A stretch of 64,000 bases of DNA. It comes from Microvirga sp. GTDB taxonomy: Bacteria; Pseudomonadota; Alphaproteobacteria; Rhizobiales; Beijerinckiaceae. This document shows positions 19,081 to 27,285 of the stretch, one piece after another (position 1 is the stretch's first letter; every line of letters starts with the position of its first letter). Below the pieces are notes generated by a model. The model was not told the origin of the DNA. It saw only the letters and a program-made list of their open reading frames with translations, and did not search any database. Where the stretch lies: assembly GCA_041640175.1 (NCBI GenBank), contig JBEQAU010000020.1:929-64928 (forward strand), given 5' to 3'. A program made the position numbers and the translations under genes.

Positions 19081-19929
19081 TTACGGCTTGGGAGCAGCCT
19101 GGGCAGCGGGAGCGGCGGCACCAGGAGCAGGCGGCGTGGCTTGGCCTTGGCCCTGGAGCATGCGCTGGCGCATCTCTTCGCTCTTCTTCTGCAGCTCTTC
19201 CTGAAGCTTCTTCTGCTGTTCCTCGAGCACCTTCGGGTCGATCGGCGGACCGTCGAAGGACTTGCCGAAGCCGGCAGCCGGAACGGCGAAGGTGATCTCG
19301 CGGCCCATCTGGTTCTGGACGCTGACGTTCAGGTTGGCGCCCTTCTTCAAGGAGGCGATGAAGTCATCCTTCACGGCCGCCTCGGCGAAGCAACCGTTGG
19401 GCAAGCACATGACGTAACGGCCGGCGACTGCCTGGCCCTGGTCGACCGTGAAGCGCAGACCCGGCTGCAGGAGCAGGCCGAGTGGCATCACGAAGCGGAC
19501 GACCTTCTGCGGCTGCTGGCCCTTCACGTCGTAGACGGCGAGAGCGAGAACCGGCTGGCCCTGATCCGACACGAAGTCGCGGGTGGTGTAGCAGATTTCG
19601 GTCTTGGTGTTCTGGTCCGTGCCGCAGACCTTGGTCCACTCAGGCTGCGACGGCTCGGCTTTCACCTGTACGACCGTCGGGCCGGCATTCTGCTGGGCCT
19701 GTGCACCCTGGGCCTGGGCCGGAGCCGCAGGACGGGCCGGCTGAGCGGCAGGAGCCGCCGGGGTAGCGGCAGGGCGGGCGGGCTGTGCTGCCGGAGCCGC
19801 AGGCCTCTGAGCCGGTGCGGTTTGAGTCGGAGCGGTCTGAGCCAGAACGGGTGCGCTCACCAGCACGGCAAGAGCTGTTGCCAGGCCACGGGTCCCCCCC
19901 AGGCTCGCGAAGCGTGTCGCGAAAGACAT
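19081..19929 (-). CDS. Invasion-associated locus B (IalB) family periplasmic protein with Pro/Ala-rich linker
   Basis: Signal peptide ending VLAQ and a P/A-rich repeat region. IalB core W-KVCG...EICYT...VMCLPNGCFAE with conserved cysteines. Charged coiled C-terminus. Confidence 0.85.
   Translation of the reverse strand: MSFATRFASLGGTRGLATALAVLVSAPVLAQTAPTQTAPAQRPAAPAAQPARPAATPAAPAAQPARPAAPAQAQGAQAQQNAGPTVVQVKAEPSQPEWTKVCGTDQNTKTEICYTTRDFVSDQGQPVLALAVYDVKGQQPQKVVRFVMPLGLLLQPGLRFTVDQGQAVAGRYVMCLPNGCFAEAAVKDDFIASLKKGANLNVSVQNQMGREITFAVPAAGFGKSFDGPPIDPKVLEEQQKKLQEELQKKSEEMRQRMLQGQGQATPPAPGAAAPAAQAAPKP
19684..19839. repeat. Low-complexity Pro/Ala-rich coding repeat inside the IalB-family gene
   Basis: Translation reads ...RPAAPAAQPARPAATPAAPAAQPARPAAPAQAQGAQAQ. 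The 14-aa unit PAAPAAQPARPAA(T/P) occurs twice in tandem. Confidence 0.8.
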
Positions 19930-20142
19930 ATCGTTAGATCCTCTTCAGTCGAAAGGTCGGCTTTCGAAGTGGCCGTTGATCCGGCGCTTTCTTAACCTGT
20001 GATGACGTGGTCAAATCCTTGCCCATTGTGGCGAAGACAAGACGCGTGGGGCTCCTTTAACCTTTCGTGTGGTAGGTTTCCAGTCACCCTGGGCAAAATT
20101 CTGTACAACATTGCTCGGGAGACAACTCGCATCGGGAAAGCC

Positions 20143-21951
20143 ATGGGCCGCTGGCTTATTACAAATCTGCTGTTTTCGGCTGCTGTTGCCCTCATGACCT
20201 TCGGTGCCGCCGCTCAAGAGGCTCTGCCACTGCGGCATGGCATCGCGATGCATGGAGAGCCTGCGCTCGCGCCCGGCTTCCGGCACCTGCCCTATGCCAA
20301 CCCACAGGCGCCGAAAGGTGGGCGAATCACGCTGGCCTTGCAGGGGACCTTCGATAGTCTCAACCCCATGATTGTGTTGGGCGTCGCCCCAGACGTAGTG
20401 CCACGCTACGTCCTGCAGCCTCTCATGATGCGCTCCGCCGACGAGCCCTTCACGATCTACGGCCTGCTCGCCCGCGGCGTGGAGATGCCGGACGACCGGA
20501 GCTTCATCACCTTCCACCTCGATCCGCGTGCCCGCTTTTCCGACGGTCACCCTCTTACGGTCGAGGATGTGCGCTTCACCTTCGAGATGCTGAAGAAGCA
20601 CGGCAAGCCCTTCTACCGGTCGAGCTTCGGACAGGTGAAGGCGGTTGAAATCCTCGATCCGCACCGCATCAAGTTCGACCTCTCAGCCTCGAACGACCGC
20701 GAACTGCCACTCCTGATCGGGATGATGTCCGTGTTTCCGGCTCATGCGACCGATCCTAACAGCTTCGATAAGACAAGCCTCACGCCGCCAATCGGCTCGG
20801 GCCCCTATGCGCTGACTGAGGTGAAGCCCGGTGAACGGGTGGTACTGACCCGGCGCAAGGATTACTGGGGCGAGGATCTACCGGTCACACACGGCCTCTA
20901 TAACTTCGAAGAGATCCGCTACGATTTCTACCGCGATGCCAACAGCTTGTTCGAAGCTTTTAAGGCGGGGCTTTATGATTTCAGGATCGAGGGCGATCCA
21001 GGCCAGTGGGCCACCGGCTACGACATTCCCGCTGTCAGAAGCGGGCGCGTCCTCCGCGAGACAATAGCAACCCGGCTGCCGAAGGGCATGAATGGCTTCG
21101 TTTTCAACACCCGCAAGCCGCTCTTCGCCGACGTGCGTGTTCGCGAGGCTTTGAGCTACCTGTTCGATTTCGACTGGGTGAACCGCAATCTTTACTTCGG
21201 GCAACTCACCCGGTCGAACAGCTACTTCTCGGGCTCCGACCTCGCCTCCACGGGCAACCCGGCCGATACCCGCGAGCGCACGCTACTGACGGAATTTCAG
21301 TCGTCCGTTCGAGAGGATGTTCTCGAAGGCCGATGGGAACCGCCAGCAGGTGATGGCTCAGGCCGGGATCGGGATATGGCGCGCAAAGCGCTCGCCCTTC
21401 TGGCTGACGCCGGCTGGGTGCTTGCCGACGATATTCTGCGGAAGAAGGAGACCGGCGAACCCTTCAGCTTCGAGATGCTGGTCAATTCCCGCTCGCAGGA
21501 GCGGCTTGCCCTCAACTTCTCGCAGTCCTTAAGCCGTATCGGCATTCAGGCGCGGGTGCGCCTCGTCGATGACGTGCAGTATTGGCGGCGTCTGGCCCGA
21601 TTCGATTTCGATATGGTCCAGTGGCTCTGGCCTGCCTCCCTCTCTCCGGGAAACGAGCAGCGCAACCGCTGGGGCTCTGCTGCGGCGCAAAGGAGCGGGT
21701 CCCATAACCATGCCGGGGTATCCTCCCCCGCGATTGACCGCCTGATCGATGCGCTTCTGGAGGCCAAAGGACGGGGGGACTTCGTCTCCGCTGTCCGAGC
21801 CCTCGACCGCACCCTGCTGTCGGGCTTCTATGTGGTTCCGCTGTTTTATTTGAAGGATCAATGGCTTGCCTATAGCAGTGACCTCGGCAAGCCTGAGACC
21901 ATTCCGCTCATGGGCACCAATATCGACACTTGGTGGCGGCACCCGCACTGA
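20143..21951 (+). CDS. Family-5 extracellular solute-binding protein (YejA/oligopeptide-type), orphan
   Basis: Start at ATG 20143 gives the signal peptide MGRWLITNLLFSAAVALMTFGAAAQ. About 600 aa with typical SBP_bac_5 architecture. No cognate permease or ATPase genes are adjacent. Confidence 0.85.
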   Translation: MGRWLITNLLFSAAVALMTFGAAAQEALPLRHGIAMHGEPALAPGFRHLPYANPQAPKGGRITLALQGTFDSLNPMIVLGVAPDVVPRYVLQPLMMRSADEPFTIYGLLARGVEMPDDRSFITFHLDPRARFSDGHPLTVEDVRFTFEMLKKHGKPFYRSSFGQVKAVEILDPHRIKFDLSASNDRELPLLIGMMSVFPAHATDPNSFDKTSLTPPIGSGPYALTEVKPGERVVLTRRKDYWGEDLPVTHGLYNFEEIRYDFYRDANSLFEAFKAGLYDFRIEGDPGQWATGYDIPAVRSGRVLRETIATRLPKGMNGFVFNTRKPLFADVRVREALSYLFDFDWVNRNLYFGQLTRSNSYFSGSDLASTGNPADTRERTLLTEFQSSVREDVLEGRWEPPAGDGSGRDRDMARKALALLADAGWVLADDILRKKETGEPFSFEMLVNSRSQERLALNFSQSLSRIGIQARVRLVDDVQYWRRLARFDFDMVQWLWPASLSPGNEQRNRWGSAAAQRSGSHNHAGVSSPAIDRLIDALLEAKGRGDFVSAVRALDRTLLSGFYVVPLFYLKDQWLAYSSDLGKPETIPLMGTNIDTWWRHPH

Positions 21952-22064
21952 TCCTTATGGTCTTCCCGAGACATATATTGTTGAGCTTCCATTCATGTAG
22001 AAGATGCAACTAATGCCCTGCTTCGACGTTAGGTGAGTACCTCCTGTCCCACTGTCGCGTCTTA

Positions 22065-22424
22065 ATGCAGGGTATCGTCATGAACGCAATGCCGAAGGTC
22101 CTCGTTGTCGATAGCGGCGAGCGCGCCCCTGATGGCGCTCTGTCCGCCGAGCTGGCCGGCATGGGTTATGCGAGCGTGACCACTCCCTTCGAGGCTGCCG
22201 ACGACGTTCTGGCCCTGATTCCAAGCCCGGCCGCTGTGGTGCTCCAGATGCCCCGCCATGCCGATTGGGCTGAGCGCAAGCGCTTCCTCGATCTCGCCCG
22301 CCGCCTGCGCAAGAACCTGGGAGAGAGCGGAACCCCTGTCATTATCACGGGTGGCGTGAGCGGAGCCGCCACGATGCTCCAGAACCAGCTCAGCGTTCGC
22401 GTCGCCGCAGCGCCGGATCTCTAG
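22065..22424 (+). CDS. Small receiver-like (pseudo-receiver) protein, hypothetical
   Basis: The (beta-alpha)5-like pattern KVLVVDSG ... AAVVLQMP ... TPVIITGG resembles a CheY fold, but Gln sits where the phospho-accepting Asp is expected. The start could be ATG 22080. Confidence 0.4.
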   Translation: MQGIVMNAMPKVLVVDSGERAPDGALSAELAGMGYASVTTPFEAADDVLALIPSPAAVVLQMPRHADWAERKRFLDLARRLRKNLGESGTPVIITGGVSGAATMLQNQLSVRVAAAPDL

Positions 22425-23296
22425 CCCTTCAGGAGCCGGAAGGCTCCTTCTTCCGTCTTAGCCTCATGTTCGCTCGTCCTGAAGAAGGCGGCTGTTCGCG
22501 CTACTGAGCCGCCAAGGTACCGGTAAATCGCAATCGTGCTGCCCGGCCCGCCACCCGTGTGCCCGCTTACCTTGAGACCCAATGTCGTCTCACCCGTCAT
22601 AGTGCCCAACCCGTAGCCGGGTATCAGCCAGGGACGCCCTGGCACAGGTCCGGGGAGCACGAACGGGCTGAGCATCTCCTGCAACAGCTCAGGCTTTAGC
22701 AGGCTGCCATCCAGCAGGCGGTTGAGGAGAAGCGCTGCATCCGCGACGGTGCCCACCAGCAGCCCATGATAGACCCAGCCTGGATGGTAGCCCTCCGCGC
22801 CGCCCATGCTGACGTTTCCAAGGTCCGCCCGCTCCCCTGCGAGCCGCGCCGTCTCAATCCCGAGCGGCGCCAGCACAAGGCGCTGCAGGGCCGCGTCCAG
22901 GTTGGAACCGGTTATGGTCTCAATCAACTGGCCTACAATCAGATAGCCGACATTGGAGTAGTCCCACCCCTCGCCTGCCGGGTATCGTAGTCGATCCGCA
23001 TCGAGCCGAGTCAGTAGCTCGAGAACCGGCCAAGGATCATCGCCACACTCAACGGCCTCGTGGTAGGCGCTGAGGCCGCCGTAGCTTGCCAGGCCTGAGC
23101 GATGCTGGAGAAGGTGCCTGAGCGTGTAGGGCTTGCCTTCGACCGGTTCATCCAGTCCGATACGGCCGTCGCGAACGAGCACCAGGGCCGCGGCCGCGAG
23201 AACCGTTTTCGTGAAGCTCCACCAGGGCACAAGGCGGTCGGCCTCGCGGCTGTCGATCACGACACCGTCTTCAACCAGAGCCCAGGCCTCGACCAT
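22421..23296 (-). CDS. Serine hydrolase, beta-lactamase/transpeptidase-like family
   Basis: Start at ATG 23296 shares one base with the mfd stop (TGATG). SxxK motif (WWSFTKT) near the N-terminus and LLQHRSGL typical of class C beta-lactamase-like esterases. The upstream part of the track ORF lies inside mfd. Confidence 0.75.
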   Translation of the reverse strand: MVEAWALVEDGVVIDSREADRLVPWWSFTKTVLAAAALVLVRDGRIGLDEPVEGKPYTLRHLLQHRSGLASYGGLSAYHEAVECGDDPWPVLELLTRLDADRLRYPAGEGWDYSNVGYLIVGQLIETITGSNLDAALQRLVLAPLGIETARLAGERADLGNVSMGGAEGYHPGWVYHGLLVGTVADAALLLNRLLDGSLLKPELLQEMLSPFVLPGPVPGRPWLIPGYGLGTMTGETTLGLKVSGHTGGGPGSTIAIYRYLGGSVARTAAFFRTSEHEAKTEEGAFRLLKG

Positions 23297-26200
23297 CAGG
23301 CGGCCTTCTTCTCCGCGATCCGGGCGAGGCTGCGAAGGATCGTAGTGGCGGCCTTGATGCGCTCGTCCGGCGTCTCGATGTCTCGGATGAACACGATCTT
23401 CATGTCCGGCCGCACCTTCGCGAAGGAGGCCTGCTCGGTGACATAAGAGATGAGGCCGGTCGGGTTGGCAAAGGAGTTGTCGCGGAAGGAAATGATGATG
23501 CCCTTCGGGCCGCCGTCCACCTTCTCCACATTGGCGCGACGGCACAGCACCTTAATGGCCATGATCTTGAGAAGCTGATCGACCTCGGACGGCACGGGCC
23601 CGAACCGGTCGACCATCTCCGCCCTGAAGGCGTCGATCTCCTGGTCGGTCTCGAAGGTCGAGAGGCGACGGTACAGACCGAGGCGCAGCTGGAGATCAGA
23701 AATGTAGCTTTCCGGGATCATGACCGGCGCACCGACCGCGATAGTGGGCGACCACTGGTCTTCCGTCGGCTCCTCGATGCCGGCCTTGAGTTGCGCCACC
23801 GCTTCTTCCAGCATCTGCTGGTAGAGCTCGTATCCCACCTCCTTGATATGACCCGACTGCTCCTCGCCGAGCAGGTTGCCCGCACCGCGGATGTCGAGGT
23901 CGTGGGAGGCGAGCTGGAAACCGGCTCCGAGGGTGTCGAGGGTCTGGAGCACCTTGAGGCGCCGCTCGGCCTGCACCGTCATGGACTTGTTGGCCGGCAC
24001 CGTGAACAAGGCATAGGCGCGGGTCTTGGAGCGCCCGACACGACCGCGCAGCTGGTAGAGCTGCGACAGGCCGAACATGTCGGCCCGATGCACGATCAGG
24101 GTGTTGGCAGTTGGAATGTCGAGGCCTGATTCCACGATGGTGGTGGACAGCAGGATGTCGTACTTGCCCTCGTAGAAAGCAGTCATGACATCCTCAAGCT
24201 GGCCTGCCGCCATCTGGCCGTGCGCCACTGCCACCTTGGCCTCAGGCACCTCCTTGTCGAGGAAGGCCTTGACCTCGCCGAGGTCGTCGAGACGCGGCAC
24301 CACGTAGAAAGCCTGCCCGCCCCTGTAGCGCTCACGCAGCAGCGCCTCGCGGACAAGGAGCGGATCGAAGGGAGTAATGAAGGTGCGCACCGCAAGCCGG
24401 TCCACCGGAGGCGTAGTGATCAGCGACAGCTCCCGCACGCCGGTCAATGCAAGCTGCAGGGTGCGCGGGATCGGGGTGGCCGAGAGGGTCAGCACGTGGA
24501 CCTCGGCGCGAAGCTCCTTCAGGCGTTCCTTATGGGTCACGCCGAAATGCTGCTCCTCGTCGATGATGATGAGGCCGATATCCTTGAACTTGATGGCCTT
24601 GCCGAGAAGCGCATGGGTGCCGATGACGATATCGACGGACCCATCGGTCAGCCCTTCCTTGGTCTTCTTCATCTCGGCCGCCGGCACAAATCTCGAGGCC
24701 TGGGCCACATTGAGCGGCAGGCCGCGGAACCGGTCGCAGAAAGTGCGGTAATGCTGGCGCGCCAGAAGGGTCGTGGGCACGACGACCGCCACCTGCTTGC
24801 CGCTCATGGCTGCTACGAAGGCGGCGCGCAGCGCCACCTCGGTTTTGCCGAAGCCCACGTCTCCGCAGACGAGGCGATCCATGGGACGGCCGGAGCCCAT
24901 GTCGTCCAGCACCGACTCGATGGCATTGAGCTGGTCTTCCGTCTCGTCGTAGGGGAAGCGAGCCGCGAACTCGTCGTAGAGCCCTTCCGGAGGCGTCAGC
25001 CGTGGGGCGTCCTTGAGGATGCGGGCGGCGGCGATCTTCATCAGCGCGCCGGCCATCTCGCGGATGCGCTGCTTCATCCGGGCCTTGCGAGCCTGCCAGG
25101 CGCCGCCGCCGAGCTTATCGAGCTGAACCTCCGTCTCCTCCGACCCGTAGCGGGTCAGAAGCTCGATGTTCTCCACCGGCAGGAAAAGGCGGTCGCCGCC
25201 GGCATAATGCAGCTCGAGGCAGTCGTGGGGGGCACCTGCCGCCTCAATGGTCTTCAGGCCCTCGAAGCGTCCGATGCCATGATCCACGTGCACCACGAGG
25301 TCGCCCGGAGTGAGCGCCGCCACCTCCGTGAGGAAGTCCTGCGGCCGCTTCGACTTGCGCTTCTGGCGCACGAGCCGGTCGCCCAAGATGTCCTGCTCGC
25401 TGATGACGACGAGGTCCGCGGTCTCGAAACCCGATTCCAGAGGCCAGATGCCGACCGGGATCTCATTGCGCGGATAGGCCAGCGCCTCCGAGAACCGGCC
25501 AATCGGCTTCGTCTGCCGCAGGTCATGATCCTGCAGCACGTGACAGAGCCGTTCGCGCGAGCCCTCGGACCAAGCGCCCAGCATCACACGTTTCTTGGCA
25601 GCCTGGAGGTCGCGGATGTGTCGGATCACGGCCTCAAACACATTGGCGTTCTCGTCCGCCCGCTCCGCGATGAAGTTGCGGCCCTGCCGCGCCTCGCAGT
25701 CGATAACGAGCCGGCCTGAGGATTCCGGAAGCGCAAAGGGCGTCAGGCGCGCGAGCGGCAGAGAGGCCGTGCGTTCCGACCACTCCTCGGGCTTGAAATA
25801 CAATGCGTCCGGCGACAGTGGGCGATAGGGCGCGACTCCCGCCTGGTTCTGGCCAATGCCCTCACGCCGGGCATCGTAGTAGTCCCTCACCTGCGCGAGC
25901 CGCTCGGCGGCCGCATCGTCGGCCAGGGCATCAAACACCACCGGAATGCCGGGTAGGTAGTCGAACAGTGTGTCGAGATGGTCGTGGAACAGCGGCATCC
26001 AGTGCTCGAGGCCGGGATAGCGCCGCCCTTCGCTGATGGCTTCATAAAGGCGGTCGTCGCGCGTTGGCGCCCCAAAGGCTGCCACATAGGCTTGCCTGAA
26101 GCGCTTGATGCTCTCGGTGGTCAGCTGCACCTCGCTCATAGGCACGAGATCGAGCGAGCGCAGGGTGCCGACGGTGCGCTGGGTCTCCGGATCGAAGGCA

Positions 26201-26817
26201 CGGATCGATTCGAGGGCGTCGCCGAAGAAGTCGAGGCGAACCGGGTTCGGCAATCCTGCCGGGAAGAGATCGATGATGCCGCCGCGCACCGCGTATTCGC
26301 CTGTGTCGCGCACGGTTCCGGTGCGGAGAAAGCCGTTGGCCTCCAGCCAGTTGACCAGCTGGGTCGTGTCGACCACGTTGCCCGGCCCGGCCGAGAAGGT
26401 TTCGGCCGCGATGCGGGCCTTCGGCGGCACGCGCTGGACGAGGGCGTTGACCGTCGTCGAAAGGATGCGCGGCTTGTCCTCGGAGGTCTTGGAGCGGGCG
26501 AGCCGCGCCAGCGTGGTCATCCGTTGCGCGGTGATCGCAGCGTTGGGCGATACTCGGTCGTAGGGCTGGCAGTCCCAGGCTGGGAACGTCAGAATCTCGA
26601 TTTCGGGTGCGATGAAGCCGAGGCTGTTTGCGAAGTTCTGCTGCCGCTGCCCGTCCCGGGCCACGTGCACCAGAACGGCCGGCCCCTCGACCTGTCCGGA
26701 CAGACCACGTGCGAGATCGGCAACGGCCAAGGCATCGAAGCCGTCGGGCACGCCCGACAAGGTAAGGCTTTGACCCTTCTTGAGGGCATCGAGGGCGCGG
26801 GTCAGGGCAGGCTTCAT
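23296..26817 (-). CDS. mfd: Transcription-repair coupling factor Mfd
   Basis: 1173 aa. UvrB-homology N-terminus, CarD-like RNAP-interaction domain (VVHVDHGIGRFEGL), SF2 helicase motifs (GDVGFGKTEVA, IIDEEQHFG, QLRGRVGRS) and a TRCF C-terminal domain. Confidence 0.96.
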   Translation of the reverse strand: MKPALTRALDALKKGQSLTLSGVPDGFDALAVADLARGLSGQVEGPAVLVHVARDGQRQQNFANSLGFIAPEIEILTFPAWDCQPYDRVSPNAAITAQRMTTLARLARSKTSEDKPRILSTTVNALVQRVPPKARIAAETFSAGPGNVVDTTQLVNWLEANGFLRTGTVRDTGEYAVRGGIIDLFPAGLPNPVRLDFFGDALESIRAFDPETQRTVGTLRSLDLVPMSEVQLTTESIKRFRQAYVAAFGAPTRDDRLYEAISEGRRYPGLEHWMPLFHDHLDTLFDYLPGIPVVFDALADDAAAERLAQVRDYYDARREGIGQNQAGVAPYRPLSPDALYFKPEEWSERTASLPLARLTPFALPESSGRLVIDCEARQGRNFIAERADENANVFEAVIRHIRDLQAAKKRVMLGAWSEGSRERLCHVLQDHDLRQTKPIGRFSEALAYPRNEIPVGIWPLESGFETADLVVISEQDILGDRLVRQKRKSKRPQDFLTEVAALTPGDLVVHVDHGIGRFEGLKTIEAAGAPHDCLELHYAGGDRLFLPVENIELLTRYGSEETEVQLDKLGGGAWQARKARMKQRIREMAGALMKIAAARILKDAPRLTPPEGLYDEFAARFPYDETEDQLNAIESVLDDMGSGRPMDRLVCGDVGFGKTEVALRAAFVAAMSGKQVAVVVPTTLLARQHYRTFCDRFRGLPLNVAQASRFVPAAEMKKTKEGLTDGSVDIVIGTHALLGKAIKFKDIGLIIIDEEQHFGVTHKERLKELRAEVHVLTLSATPIPRTLQLALTGVRELSLITTPPVDRLAVRTFITPFDPLLVREALLRERYRGGQAFYVVPRLDDLGEVKAFLDKEVPEAKVAVAHGQMAAGQLEDVMTAFYEGKYDILLSTTIVESGLDIPTANTLIVHRADMFGLSQLYQLRGRVGRSKTRAYALFTVPANKSMTVQAERRLKVLQTLDTLGAGFQLASHDLDIRGAGNLLGEEQSGHIKEVGYELYQQMLEEAVAQLKAGIEEPTEDQWSPTIAVGAPVMIPESYISDLQLRLGLYRRLSTFETDQEIDAFRAEMVDRFGPVPSEVDQLLKIMAIKVLCRRANVEKVDGGPKGIIISFRDNSFANPTGLISYVTEQASFAKVRPDMKIVFIRDIETPDERIKAATTILRSLARIAEKKAA

Positions 26818-26900
26818 GGTGAGATATCAGGCCAGAGATGAAAGGGAACGCGGGCGTTTCCGCCCGGTTCGGAAAGAAAAGAACAGAGACGGTTTGCGCG

Positions 26901-27197
26901 TCAGCTGTGGATCGGCGATGTATGGGTATGAAACGCCTTGAGACGCCGGAACAGGGGCGTGTCGTAGTTCGAGGGCGTTTCGATTTCGCCGGTGATCCAG
27001 CCGAGGAGATCGCGGTCGGTCACTTCGATCAGCCGTTCGAACTCGGCAAGGTCCTCCTCGGAGAGCTCCCCGATCTCCGCATCGGCAAAGCGGCCCATGA
27101 TAAGGTCCATCTCCCGCATGCCCCGGTGCCAGGAGCGATACAGGATCTGCCTGCGTCGAACATCGAGGCCGGCGCTGCTGCGTGTCGTTCCGCTCAT
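26901..27197 (-). CDS. sdhE: FAD assembly factor SdhE (succinate dehydrogenase assembly factor 2, DUF339)
   Basis: 98 aa from ATG 27197. RRRQILYRSWHRGMREMDLIMGRF carries the RGxxE motif of the SdhE family. Confidence 0.8.
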   Translation of the reverse strand: MSGTTRSSAGLDVRRRQILYRSWHRGMREMDLIMGRFADAEIGELSEEDLAEFERLIEVTDRDLLGWITGEIETPSNYDTPLFRRLKAFHTHTSPIHS

Positions 27198-27285
27198 GAC
27201 GATGCTCCGATCTGATAAGTTGCCGTCGCCTCCGGCTGACTTGGCCGCTATATAACCATCTCCCTCCCAGTTGCTACCCATTTGA

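Noticed and set aside
22006-22030. GCAAC-N16-CGTT upstream of the pseudo-receiver gene, and GCAAC-N17-CGTT at 46944-46969 upstream of the ATP-grasp gene, as EcfG-type promoters.
   Set aside because: The mismatch falls in the strongly conserved second G of the GGAAC -35 element. Matches of this quality are expected by chance in this much intergenic DNA.
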